From assembly GCA_964270895.1 (NCBI GenBank), contig OZ185441.1: a DNA stretch of 64,000 nucleotides; one strand, 5' to 3'. This DNA is from Podarcis filfolensis (lineage: Eukaryota). The notes under the pieces were generated by a model. That model saw only the letters and a list, made by a program, of their open reading frames with translations, was not told the DNA's origin and did not search any database. Of this stretch, positions 32,344 through 44,623 are shown in pieces (positions within the stretch are counted from its first letter, which is position 1; each line of letters begins with the position of its first letter). Made by a program: the position numbers and the translations under genes.

Positions 32344-35300
32344 CTAGAAGACCAAAAAGGAAAAAGAGGCATTAATAGCAATGCTTAACTGGGCATGTAC
32401 TGTTCTTGGGGGACAAGGGGCAGGCAGGTGTGGAGGACTCCCTGGTCCTGAATGGGGTAACTATGCCTCTGAAGGACCAAGTGCGCAGCCTGGGAGTCAT
32501 TTTGGACTCACAGCTGTCCATGGAGGCGCAGGTCAATTCTGTGTCCAGGGCCGCTGTCTACCAGCTCCATCTGGTACGCAGGCTAAGACCCTACCTGTCC
32601 GTGGACTGTCTTGCCCGAGTGGTGCACGCTCTGGTTATCTCCTGCTTGGACTAATGCAATGCGCTCTACGTGGGGCTACCTTTGAAGGTGCCCCGGAAAC
32701 TACAACTAATCCAGAATGTGGCAGCTAGACTGGTGACTGGGAGTGGCCGCTGAAACCACATAACACCGGTCCTGAAAGACCTACATTGGCTCCCAGTACA
32801 TTTCCGAGCACAATTCCAAGTGTTGGTGCTGACCTTTAAAGCCCTAAACTGTCTCTGCCCAGTGTACCCGAAGGAGCGTCTCCACCCCCATCGTTCTGCC
32901 CGGACACTGAGGTCCAACTCTGAGGGCCTTCTGGCTGTTCCCTCATTGCGAGAAGCAAAGTTAAGGGAACCAGGCAGAGGGCCTTCTCAGTAGTGGCGCC
33001 TGCCCTGTGGAACACCCTCCCATCAGATGTCAAAGAAATAAACAACTGACTTTTAGAAGACATCTGAAGGCAGCCCTGTTTAGGGAAGTTTTTAATATTT
33101 GATTAATTATTGTATTTTAATCTTTTGTTGGAAGCTGCCCAGATTGGCTGGGGAAACCCAGCCAGATGGGCAGGGTATAAATAAATAATAATAATAATAA
33201 TTTATTTATTTAACTCTTCTGGGTACTTCAAACAAGAGCAAACGAGATCTTTCAGGTCAATATAGGACATAAGGTACTTTGAAAGAAGAATGATTAAAAG
33301 GGAGTCAAACATAAACACAGATCGCTAAAGAAATGGACTTTAGACTTTTGCCTGCTTTTGGACACTTTTGTCTTTAAGTGTTTTGCTGAGCTGGTGTTAA
33401 AAGCATGATGGTTGGTGGAATCCAGTGTTGCCTGGGTGGAATCCCACTTGCACAACACAATGTTACCTTCTCTTTCCCCTTCTCTTTCCCCTTGCAGCTG
33501 CCCTGAAATGTGCTCCAAAAGGTCTAAACCTGCAGAGCAAATTCTGAAGGGGTGTGGGGAGGCTGTAGGGGCAGGGAAAGGGAGTATGTTCAACTTGCAC
33601 AGGGACAGCTTTGGAGAGAAGCCTCAGCGCATATATGTGCGCCATACAGGAGGCTCATTCGACTAGTTTTGAGAATGAATTTGCCAGAATAGTTTTCTAA
33701 GAAGTCCACTTAAGAAGAATCATATTACATGCAACTGGAGAAAATTGCATCTATTCCTTAAAAGATTCAAGGTAAAATGTGAACCCATCTTACCCGTGAT
33801 GCATCTCCCTCCTGCTTTATCATATCCATTCCAGGTAGTTGGTTTGGAAAAAGATTGCCTCCTCTCATAGCAGGATCATTAACCTACGGCAGGGAGAAGA
33901 CCCGTTTGTAAGTCACTGGGGGAAATAGAAAGCATCTTTGAATAAACCACAACACTGCATGCATACATGCGCGCGCGCGCGCACACACACACACACACCT
34001 TTCTAGCCACAAAAACAAAATAAGAGAGCAGACTGAATGAGGCGGCACATGTCATAAAAGGTGTTGTGCCATGTGCTCACCTCCACTTTTCTCCCTTCTT
34101 TACACTGCCATTCTTATGCACTTTTTAATGACTTGCACTATTTTGAGTTGGTTACTGTGAGAGGGGAGTGTCTCCAGGGCAAATGTTAAAATTGGTAGTT
34201 TATGTTGGAAAAAGCTCTATTAAATCAACTACTGGTTACAAATTTCACCAGGCAGAGAATTCTCACCTGCTCAGGACCCATGGAGGACAACCCTGATGTA
34301 GGCACAGAGGTTGCTGAGGTCATGCTGATCTGTCCTGTCATCTGGTTCATGTTGTTCATACCGCTTGTGTTGGTCACCATGGATACATTGATGTTCATGT
34401 TGTTATTGTACATGCTGGCGTTAGCTTGCTGCCCGAAGTGTGGAGGAGATTGTTGTGAAAACATGCTGCAGGATGAAATACACACCAGCACGTCAGAATC
34501 AAGATGTTCATCCTTCGGGCCCTGAACATTCCTGAACTCCGCAGAGGGTTAGTGCATGTGGGAACGCCTTCAATAAATGGAGTCTGATTATCAGTGCACA
34601 AAGCATGCATTTCTTTCTCAGCTTGTAAGTAATGTGATGATTAGGTCTGCAAAAATTCTCCCCTCAATTTGCCAAAATAATATATGTGTTAAATAGACCT
34701 ATAGCATCTTTAAAAGAGTAATAAATCGAAAAAGAAACTTTTCCTGCTTATCTTTTAACATCAAGATGCAAAGACACTTAAAATATTCTGAGCTAAACCT
34801 TAGGGCCATCTAAACATAGTTGTTGCGCTCATTCAAGAGAAACCAATGCAGTGACCTAGATGTGTGTGTATATATCTATCTAATTATCTGTCAGTAGGCA
34901 GAAAATTTAAAGCCCTGTAAGACTAAGTAGTTTAGTTAGTCCACTGTCTTTGTAACAGACAAGATCCTAGAAAACTGAAGAAAAAGCAGTTTGGGATGAT
35001 TTCAAGTCATAATTTACAAATAAATAATTATCATTTCAAAAATTTTGCTTCACTCCTATTCACGACTACCTGGAAATAAGTTCCAATGAATTTAATAGGA
35101 CTGACTTCTGATTGGATATACAAGGATTGAACTGTGATTTTTATTTTTAGCCCATGGCTGATAAATACACATCACATATATTTTATTATGGATTGGTTTT
35201 ACGAACATGCAGAATAAAACTCTAATCAGAAATTCACATGTTTTTGTAGTTACTTGATCTTTTTGAAAACTGGGTGACATGGAAATTCTTACTTAGTAAT

Positions 35301-38300
35301 GAGAGGCCCCATAAGAAAAAAGTGTAAACTAGTCATAGTTGTTCTGCTCGAGCAACGGACTTCCACTTGTGTAACAGAAATTCCTCTTCTTCCCCACTGC
35401 AGACCAACCATGCGCCATCAAAATCTGCTTCAGGAAGACCACCCCCACCCTAACCAGAAGTAGGGGGAATGCAGAGAGGGGACAGAAAGGGGAAATCCCA
35501 TTGCATAAGTGGTCTAGAGGGTGCCAATGCAAGAACGGGCCTTTTCTGCAATGGCTCCCTGTTGGTAGAATGCTCTCCCCAGGGAGTTCTGGCTGATGTC
35601 TTCATGATATACCTTTAGGCGCCAGGCAATGTTTCTCTCCAACCAGGCCTTTGGCTGACTGACACCTGATGCCCTTTTAAATGTGTTGTGGGAAGGAGGA
35701 TTATTGGTTTGTTGTCCTTATTTTTACTATGTATTTTGTGGTTTTTATATTGTAATTTTATGTTGTGAACTGCCGTGAGATCTGCGGGTGAAGGACAGTA
35801 TACAAATTTAATAACAACTACTGCTACTACTATGCAGTGCTGGATATGTCCCTATAGCTCCATAAGAGAATGTACAATTCATATGACATGGCCCCATGTA
35901 TAGAAGTCACATGTTATATTTCACTCTCTTTTCCCAATGATTCTGGTGTCAGTCTGCAGCACTGCTGTGTTCTGTGAGTGGCCAGGTTCAACAGGATGAT
36001 TGCTGAAAAAAATGCATGAATGAGCTATGCGACAACGGCCAAAACTGACGTACTGTGAGTCATAGCCCAGTTGCAAACCTACCTGTTTCCACCCATATTC
36101 CCTTGTGCCCATCCATTCATCTCTGTAGAGGACTGGTAGGCAGGATTGGCCTGAGACTGCTGTATCATGGGACTCTGGGTATGAGCCATTCTTGGGGACA
36201 TCAGCGGACTTTGGGGAGTGGTAGCTCCAGTGAAGCCTGGATCGGCCTGCTGATTTATTCCTGGAAAACACAACAGGATTCTCACTTATGCTACACACAA
36301 CAATTCAGCCAGAAGTATGGAATGGCTTGGAATGGCCTTCACTAGGAGCACAGTAGTAATGGAATCTATTTTGAGGGGACTTTTTCGGACAAGGACAAAA
36401 CAAGGCTACCATAAACTACAGTGAAAAAAATCCTGTTGAAGACTAATATCATCTTTTTTTGAGGTACCGAAGAAATGGGATAAAGTTCACGGCTTACTTT
36501 GTTTTGTGATATACGACTTTTTAGCAAAACTAATGGGATTTTTTTGGGTAGTTTTGTAATAAACCAGAAACATACTGTTTTGCATTTTGAGAATCCCAAC
36601 AAGTTTAAATGCTACCATCACCCCCCCAACCAAATTCCCAGTTATCTCCAGATTCCAGATGGTGTTTCTCATCTGGGAGCCATATAAAGAACTGTAGGAA
36701 AGGAGCTGTGATCCAGGAGTTGAGACTATTGTGATGGATGAAAGGTGTTGAAATAAGTGCAATACCATAGTTTGGAGGAAATGGAAATTGCTGGGCATTT
36801 GCCTGGGGAATCCGTGGGTTGCTCATTGTTGCTGGTATGCCACCGGAGGCCACCATACTTGGCGTCATATTCATACTCTGTCCTCGCATCATCAGCGTTC
36901 GCTGCTGCACTTGCTGCTGCATCTGCCTATGCCTCAGGTGCTGGCTCAGTATCTCCCTCTGCCTCTGGGCTAGCATCTGGGAATTGATGGGTCCCTGCAG
37001 GGTAAGCAAAAAACTGCATCAACACATATGATTAGCAAGGCATTTCCATCAGCCTGGCTACTAAAAAAACCAAAACCCTTGCAACTTTACAATAATCAGG
37101 TGAAGAGCTACCTTTCTTGCATGTAACATATGAAGCTGTTTAATACCAGGCCAGACAGATTATTTATCTACCTAGCTCACTACTCTCTACTTGGATTGGG
37201 GCTCAGGCACAGTTTTAATGTTAGAAATGCCAAGGACTGAAGCGGCAACTTTTGCATGCGGCATATAAATGTGCTCTTCAGCTGGCCTATGATCTCTCAT
37301 TCTGGGGTGATAAATTCTAAAACAGATACACAGATTACCATAGGTGACTTATATGAATTCCTAGAATAAGGCAATTTTTCTAACTGATGTCTAAATTTGG
37401 TGTTGCCAAAGGCCTGAATTTTGAGCAGAAGTCCAGTTTGTACACAGCAGAGTGAGTCCCTGAAACAGCTGGATTGCTACATTTTGTAGTATGGGGAGTA
37501 AAACATATTACCATCAAAAAATCGTGAACCCTGTAATACAATTACAGTCCAGAATCTAAATTTACTCATCCACACCACAGCCTAAAATCAGAATGTGCAC
37601 TTCTCACATCCGTAAATTGAATAAAGCAAGCTATGCTGATTTGAATAAAATTTAAAATAGCTCTCACACTTTCTTTCTCAAGTTAAAAATATTCGTAAGC
37701 GGCACCTTTCTGACAAAAAGCATAAAACCTCTTGCAAGATCCTGAAAGCTTTCCACCATTTCAAGCTGTTTCAGATATCATGAAACAAGTTTTAAAACTC
37801 AGAGAAAACGATGTCATCCCTGCTTAGAATATTTGGATTCATTTAAAGATGTCTAGCCCAACAATACCTGGAGGGAACCACATTGGCCACCTCTTATTCT
37901 TCAGGATAAATTAATATGCAACAAGAGTTGCAGGTTTCACTGCATGGTCTGTGGTCAGTTTGCGTATGGCCTGATTAGGGAACACAGAGAAATTCTCTGC
38001 CTCTCCAGAAGCATACACATACAGCTTCTGGTACAGCATGAAAGAGCTTCACAATTTCCTGCTCCACAGATTAAACTGTGACTATAATATTCTTTGAGAT
38101 GGAATTAGTCATTTCACCAAAACCAAGGAAACAAGAGCTGCACAACGGCAATGTGTACAGTGACAGAGACTGCAACATCGGTAACATCAGTTGTTGTTGT
38201 TTAGTCGTTTCCGACTCTTTGTGACCCCATGGACCAGAGCACGCCAGGCACTCCAGGCACCCCTTCATGGATCAGTATAATAAGTAAAAATCTTGGACTA

Positions 38301-41300
38301 CTAAGTTTTATAGAACATTTTATTTATTTATTAAATTCATTTCCTGCCCTTCCTCTTAAAAGGAGCATACAAATGACAGAACAATTAAAGTAGCTAAACA
38401 CAGAGGCAGACTGTGAAAGATCTCGTCTTTAAAAGGCTTGTTGCACCAAAAAGATAAAAGAGATGGTGCCTAATGTTTCATGGGAGGGAATCCAAAGGCC
38501 TTATTTTAAACTGTCCTGTGATCTTTGAATGAAGGACAGTATAGAAATGTAGTAGTAGTAGTAGTAGTAGTAATAATAATAATACCAATGTTGTACAGAA
38601 GGGACCTGCTGATAAGATGATAAGTACAGGGATCAATTGGGTACGTCAGAATAGAAACATTTTCAATACCTGTTCCCTCACCTGTGTAGGTACTCCAGGT
38701 CTCAGAGACAGATTCATATTGGAAACATTGCTGATCTGATTCATGAGTGGCTGGCGATTCTAGGGCAAGGGGAAAAACAGAATAAGGAAATCAGTCATAT
38801 AAGGCAGCATAAGAAATAATTCTGCTTTGATGGCAAGCTTTAGTTTTACAATACTGTGCTTCTTGAGGAAGAACTTTCTTATGGTAAGAGCTGTTTGAGA
38901 TTGAATGTTCTCCCCCTGACAGTGGTGGACTCCCCTTCATTGGAGGTTTTTAAGCAGAGGCTGGATGGCCATCTGTCATGGATGCTTTAGCTGAGCTTCC
39001 TGAATTGTAGGGGGTTGGACTAGATGACCCTTGGGGAACCTTCGAACTCTACAATTCTATGATTCTATGCATGCTGGTAAAAGCATCAACAGAGAGCATA
39101 AAAGCATGAAATACCTGCTGTGCTTGAAGTCTATGCTGCAGCTGTAGCCTTAGCTGATTTGGCTGGTTTTGCACTATGCCAGCAGGCCTCAGGGCAGCCC
39201 TAGGCTGCATTCGCAGTGATGCATAGCCTGGTCGCTGCGCCATTGGGTGAAAGTTTGGGTCCTGCATTGGTGTGTAGTTGCCTTGGGCCATTTGAGCCTG
39301 AGATGCATACTGCTGTGTGAAAATGGGTGCCTTTTGTTCAAGGATGATGTTTGATTCCTGACTTGAGAATGGCTCTGGTTCCACAGCTTGGCTCTGCTGA
39401 AACAAACATCAAGATGTACATGAACATAGAATGCTTAAACATTTATTGAGAATTATATGTTTTTATAAAGCAGAATAAACAGGTATGAAGCTGAGCAGCA
39501 TAAACTTGTATTTGCTTTAACCCATTCTATGCTTCTATTACTATTTATTAGTACTTGTGACTCATTCAGAACTACAGTTGTACCTTGGTTCTCAAACAGA
39601 ATCCGTTCTGGAAGTCCATTTGACTTCTGAAAACACTTGAAAACCAAGGTGTGGCTTCCAATTGGCTGCAGCTTCCTGCATTCAATTGGAAGCCGCAGAA
39701 GCCACGTCAGACATTCGGCTTCCAAAGAATGTTTGCAAACCGGAACACGTACTTCTAAGTTTGTGGTGTTCGGGAGCCAAACCGTACGCGTACCAAGGCG
39801 TTCGAGAACCAAGGTATGACTGTAATTGAGGGAAAAAACTATGTGATAAACAGAGTCCTGGTTCAGATGCAAACAGGAAACTATTCTTGATGAACCTTGA
39901 TGAGCCTGGGGGCTTGCACACTCCCCTCTTCTCTTCATTTTGTGCTCATGGAGATCAGAAGAAACCACAGTTTGATCCTGGATTTCCTCACAAGTGTAAG
40001 CAGTTTCCAAAGTTCAAATGCCACGGCAAAGCACAGCTTGTATGAAAACTGAAGCCAAAGCTTCTGATACCCTCCTTGCAAGTGCGAGGACAGGGGAGAC
40101 TGTGTGAAGCTGAGGTTCATAGTTGCTCATTCACATGGTGGGAAATTACTATTTCCTGTCATGTTTGAGCTGGTTCAATACAGGAGGCCCCTGCCCTAAA
40201 CCATTCATATATTTTCTCTCTTTTAATTTTGCCATTAAAAAAAAAAATCTTGCCTCAGATTGCAGTGGTGAACCAGGGTTGAACTGCTACAAGAAATACC
40301 TGATCAGCCCTACAAACATTTTCATTTTTCTATTTTAAGGAAGTTGTGGAGTGCTCCAACTCTGATCAGAAGCTGGTGAAGAATTCCAGCAACCAGAGTG
40401 ATGGTACTCTGAGAGAGGAGTGCTTAACTCACCCTCCTCTCCACACACACTCCAGAACCATTTCCCCCGTTTAAATGAATCGGTAGCTTCTTTTGCTTGA
40501 GGTAAAACAAGAAAATAAGTTCTTCTATGGTTCTCAGCAGGGCTAGAATCAGCTTTGGAGGAGAAGGATTTAGATTTAGAAGGAAAACCTTACAGAAGAA
40601 ATGGTTAAAAAGAAAGTTACTTAAGAGTCCCTCTCACCTCACAGGTGCTTTTAAATTTAAATAAAATCTTTGGAAGGTCAGATTCCCTAAAATGCATTTG
40701 GAGGGTTTTTAAGAAGAAAGCATCATGACCATAATACTCCAGAACATCTCTGTTGATGGACGTGACAAAAGAACTTGTAGGAGCTGTTGAAATATAACCT
40801 GAGGCATCCTGGGGTGTGGTGCAGTATAATATTGCTCCCAGGATCCCAAGTAACATTGCTAAAAGATGGCACAGGAGTCCTTACCTCCTCATCCATACTC
40901 TAATATATGATGTTTTTGTCACTGGAATGACACTGAAGAGGGTGGTAGATTAGAGGCTGCCCCCATGAATGGACAGACAAGGCTTCAGCCTGGCAAACCG
41001 GCAGCTTACGAGTTGCTTTACAAAAGACTTCCAAAAGTAATACGGTCTGGAATACCTTGTACCACTGCTGACCCACCCCATATATTTCAAGGTAAGAACT
41101 CCTGGGCCATCTTTTACCAATGTCACTTGGGATCCTGGGAGCAGTATTATACTGCAACACACCCCAGGAAATCCTATCTTTAGCCTGACAAAGCAGGAGG
41201 TAAGTGACGCAGGTTAACACTCTACCACTGCTTCAAGCGGTATTTGCTTGCAGGCTCTTGAGTCCAAACTTCCTTCCTGCTCCCTCCATTGTGTAGCAAA

Positions 41301-44300
41301 AGGCATGCTGTTCCCATACATATAGGGTAGGACCAGCTGCCAATTAAGACTTAAACAAACTCCTCCATCTCTCTGAGGCAGTTTGCCTAGGGATGGGAGT
41401 GGGAGTGAGATTACATGCAGAAGCTTCTCAAATTAAAGGGAAACATTGCATTATCAATGAAATACTGTAATTTCCATAGTGTTAATATGTGGAGGGATAT
41501 TTATAATTATTACATCTAGTCAACATTTGAAATCCATTTGAAAAAAGAAATCTCACTACTGAAATACCTCAGCTACATATATTTTCAGAATGCTTAACAG
41601 CAGCACAATACCTGGCTGACTAGTTCTGGGATCCCAAGAGCTCTGTCAATTTCTTCCAGACCGTCAAAATTTCTTAGTGCCAAGTAAAGCTGGTCAAGGA
41701 GGGTCCCTTCATCGTTTGGAGACTCTGATGCAGAGTGTTGACACAGCAAGTCATCCGGAGAGTTCCCAAATGGTTGCCTGAAAAAAGAAACAAGCAACTT
41801 GAAAGCAACTCAGGCAAGAACTCTCACCACCCAGAAGGCCCAAATTAGTTTAGGGAATTTAATACACACATTTTTATGTGTGTCAGCTCTGCAATGCTAA
41901 TTGCACTCAACTTAAGTCTTTCTAAATTTTAGGCTCGAAAGCAGCTTTGGGGAACCCAAGAATCCCCAAATGTTGCTGGATTATAATTCCCATAATCCTT
42001 GGCAATTGACCGTGTTGGCTGGGGCTAACGGGAGCAGGAATCTAATGCCATCTGCCTGGTCACAGGGGCCCTACCCCTGTCCTAAAGCTTGCTTAGAAAC
42101 AGGATGCCATTTTCTATAGTAATCACTTTTAGCCTGATCAAAGAGCAACCTTAAGAACAAAACCAAACCATGTATTTCCAAGTTTCCCTCAGTCATAAAC
42201 CTAGGATTTTACAGATTTATTCCAAAGATATGACGAAGAAGCCATTTCTCCTTTCCAGCCTTTAGCTCATGATTGGCCTACTTGCCAAACTCAATCAATC
42301 AGGGAAACGGCAGTGCTTAAGCCACGATACTGATTTACACCAATACATTCTGTTCTTATTCATGACCATCTATTCTATTCTGACAGCTTAATTTTGTAAA
42401 AAGCTATATGACTAATGATAACCCTAATCAGATCATTTAAATCAGACAACACAGAAGCTGATGGTTTCTTTCCTTATTCTGTACCATATACAGATCACTG
42501 CTTGTTCCCGATAACATACCCACAAAGATAGTGAAATTTAACGTGCTTTGTCCTCAAAGGTGATGAAATCAAACCACCCGTGTGAAAACAGAGTGGTAAA
42601 TGATAAATCCCAATGCGGTAATCACATGAACAGAATATTTAGGTTTTGTAAAAAAATTAATTAGAATAACAAAATTAAAGGAAACAATCAGCACTAAATG
42701 CATCACACATGTGATGCAAAATTCAGTTAGTATTATATAATGATGAAATGGATGAAATGAAGCAATAAAGCTCACTGGTATAATGTGCCACTGTAATTGT
42801 GAAATGCCTATTTTCCATTCACTTATGAAGGCACAAAGCAGAACTGTATCATATGTTATGGAACAGGACCACACATTCAGCAACAGACCAAGCAGCCACA
42901 AAGCAAAATGAATGAGAACACAATCTGGAGCAGAGAAGGAAGGCAAGAGAGAAAAACAGATTTCCCCCTGCTTGCTGTTTTTCCCTTGCAACCCTCTTCA
43001 GCTGCTTTTCTTCCAATGACGCAGCAAACGGGTCTGCAGGAAGGAAGGGAAGATAAAAGTGGCAAGCACAGGGAAAGTGAAGATTCCTTCTCCCACCTGC
43101 CACTTTTCTGTTGCAAACGGCACTCTCCCTCCGCAGCTATTCAGAAGGGACTTGGGTTCTCAGAGGCTTGACTTTCAATCTCGAGTTAAGTGTCCACTGT
43201 TCACCAAGGCTTTCACTTAATTTTTTCATTAGTCTGGTGCTATTTTTGTGTTGTTTATATGGATGAATTTTATTATTAAAATTTGGTATTGTTTTGATAC
43301 TAAATTTGATAGGAGGCTTGTATGGTCCCCTTCAGAAATCTTCTTTAGGGAGCATACACACAACTGCAACCAAAACTACAGATTACTTGTATTATTTTCT
43401 TGCTATACAAAAGTTATTTTAAGGTACATCTTATGTCTTGAATTAATCAGACTCGCATTACTTATTCTACTCTATTAAAATTTTAGTTACATATTGCCTT
43501 ACTCAAGTTCCATTTTATATTGATTTCATTATCAAAATTCCATTTTACTTTTAAACTGGTAATGTAAGAATTTTAGAAGTTCTGAACAGTTATTAATATA
43601 TATTAATCTTATGTTTATTATACATTTGCTACAGATAAATACACTGCTCTTTTTTCTTTTTAGAGAAAAAGGTGCAGGTACTCACCATGAAGTTGTTACA
43701 TACAGTAAGTACCACACTTTTAACATTTGGGGGGAGGTGCAGGTACTGTGTACCATTGAGTACCCCCAGGGGGGGAAAAGCACTGGCTAAATTAAAAACA
43801 AAACAAAACACCACTACAGCTTCAGGTAGAGTTCAACTTTTTAACACCACCTGGAATTCCTAGTTAAGCTGAACTTGTCTCAAGGGGAAAACTCACACAG
43901 CTAATCCCAAAAGGAGCAAGGTAGGGTACAGTATACCACTTTCCTCCTCTAAACAAGTCTACCTAACTGACAGTGCCTACATCCATCCACTTTCACTATT
44001 CTGATTCGGTGAAGTAAGGCTAGCCAAGGATGGCCAAGACACAATAAACAAATGTATTCAATATGCGCTTGCAAATGTGAAACAGTAGACTTTCCACCTG
44101 GATACAGTATATAAATTGAAAGATGTACCAAAGACAACCATTAAATAAAAGACTTACCGGTTCTGATTGCCAAAAGATGTCTGATCTATGGGCAAGATAC
44201 TGTCTGGCCATGGGGCAGTCTGATTTGGAGGAGCCTGCTGCTGGGTATACTGGGGTCCTCCCATATTCATCTCTAGTTCAGAAGCTCCTGAAGAAAGGAA

Positions 44301-44564
44301 ATCAATAATATATCACATCTCACTGGAACTGGTAATAACTCTTTTAAGAACAATAGCATTGTAGAGTTCACCATGCATACCATCTTTTTCTTAAAACACT
44401 ATTTACACTTTAAACCCTTAAGGGATCTCTTTTTGCCTGTGGACACTGTGCTCGTGGCAGGACTTGATGGAGCCCAACATTGCAGTTCAGATAACACACA
44501 ACTCTACAACTCCTAAAGGAAATATAAATCTGTTCCACTGTGTTTACAGAAGTGTGTATATATA

Positions 44565-44623
<59 letters not shown>

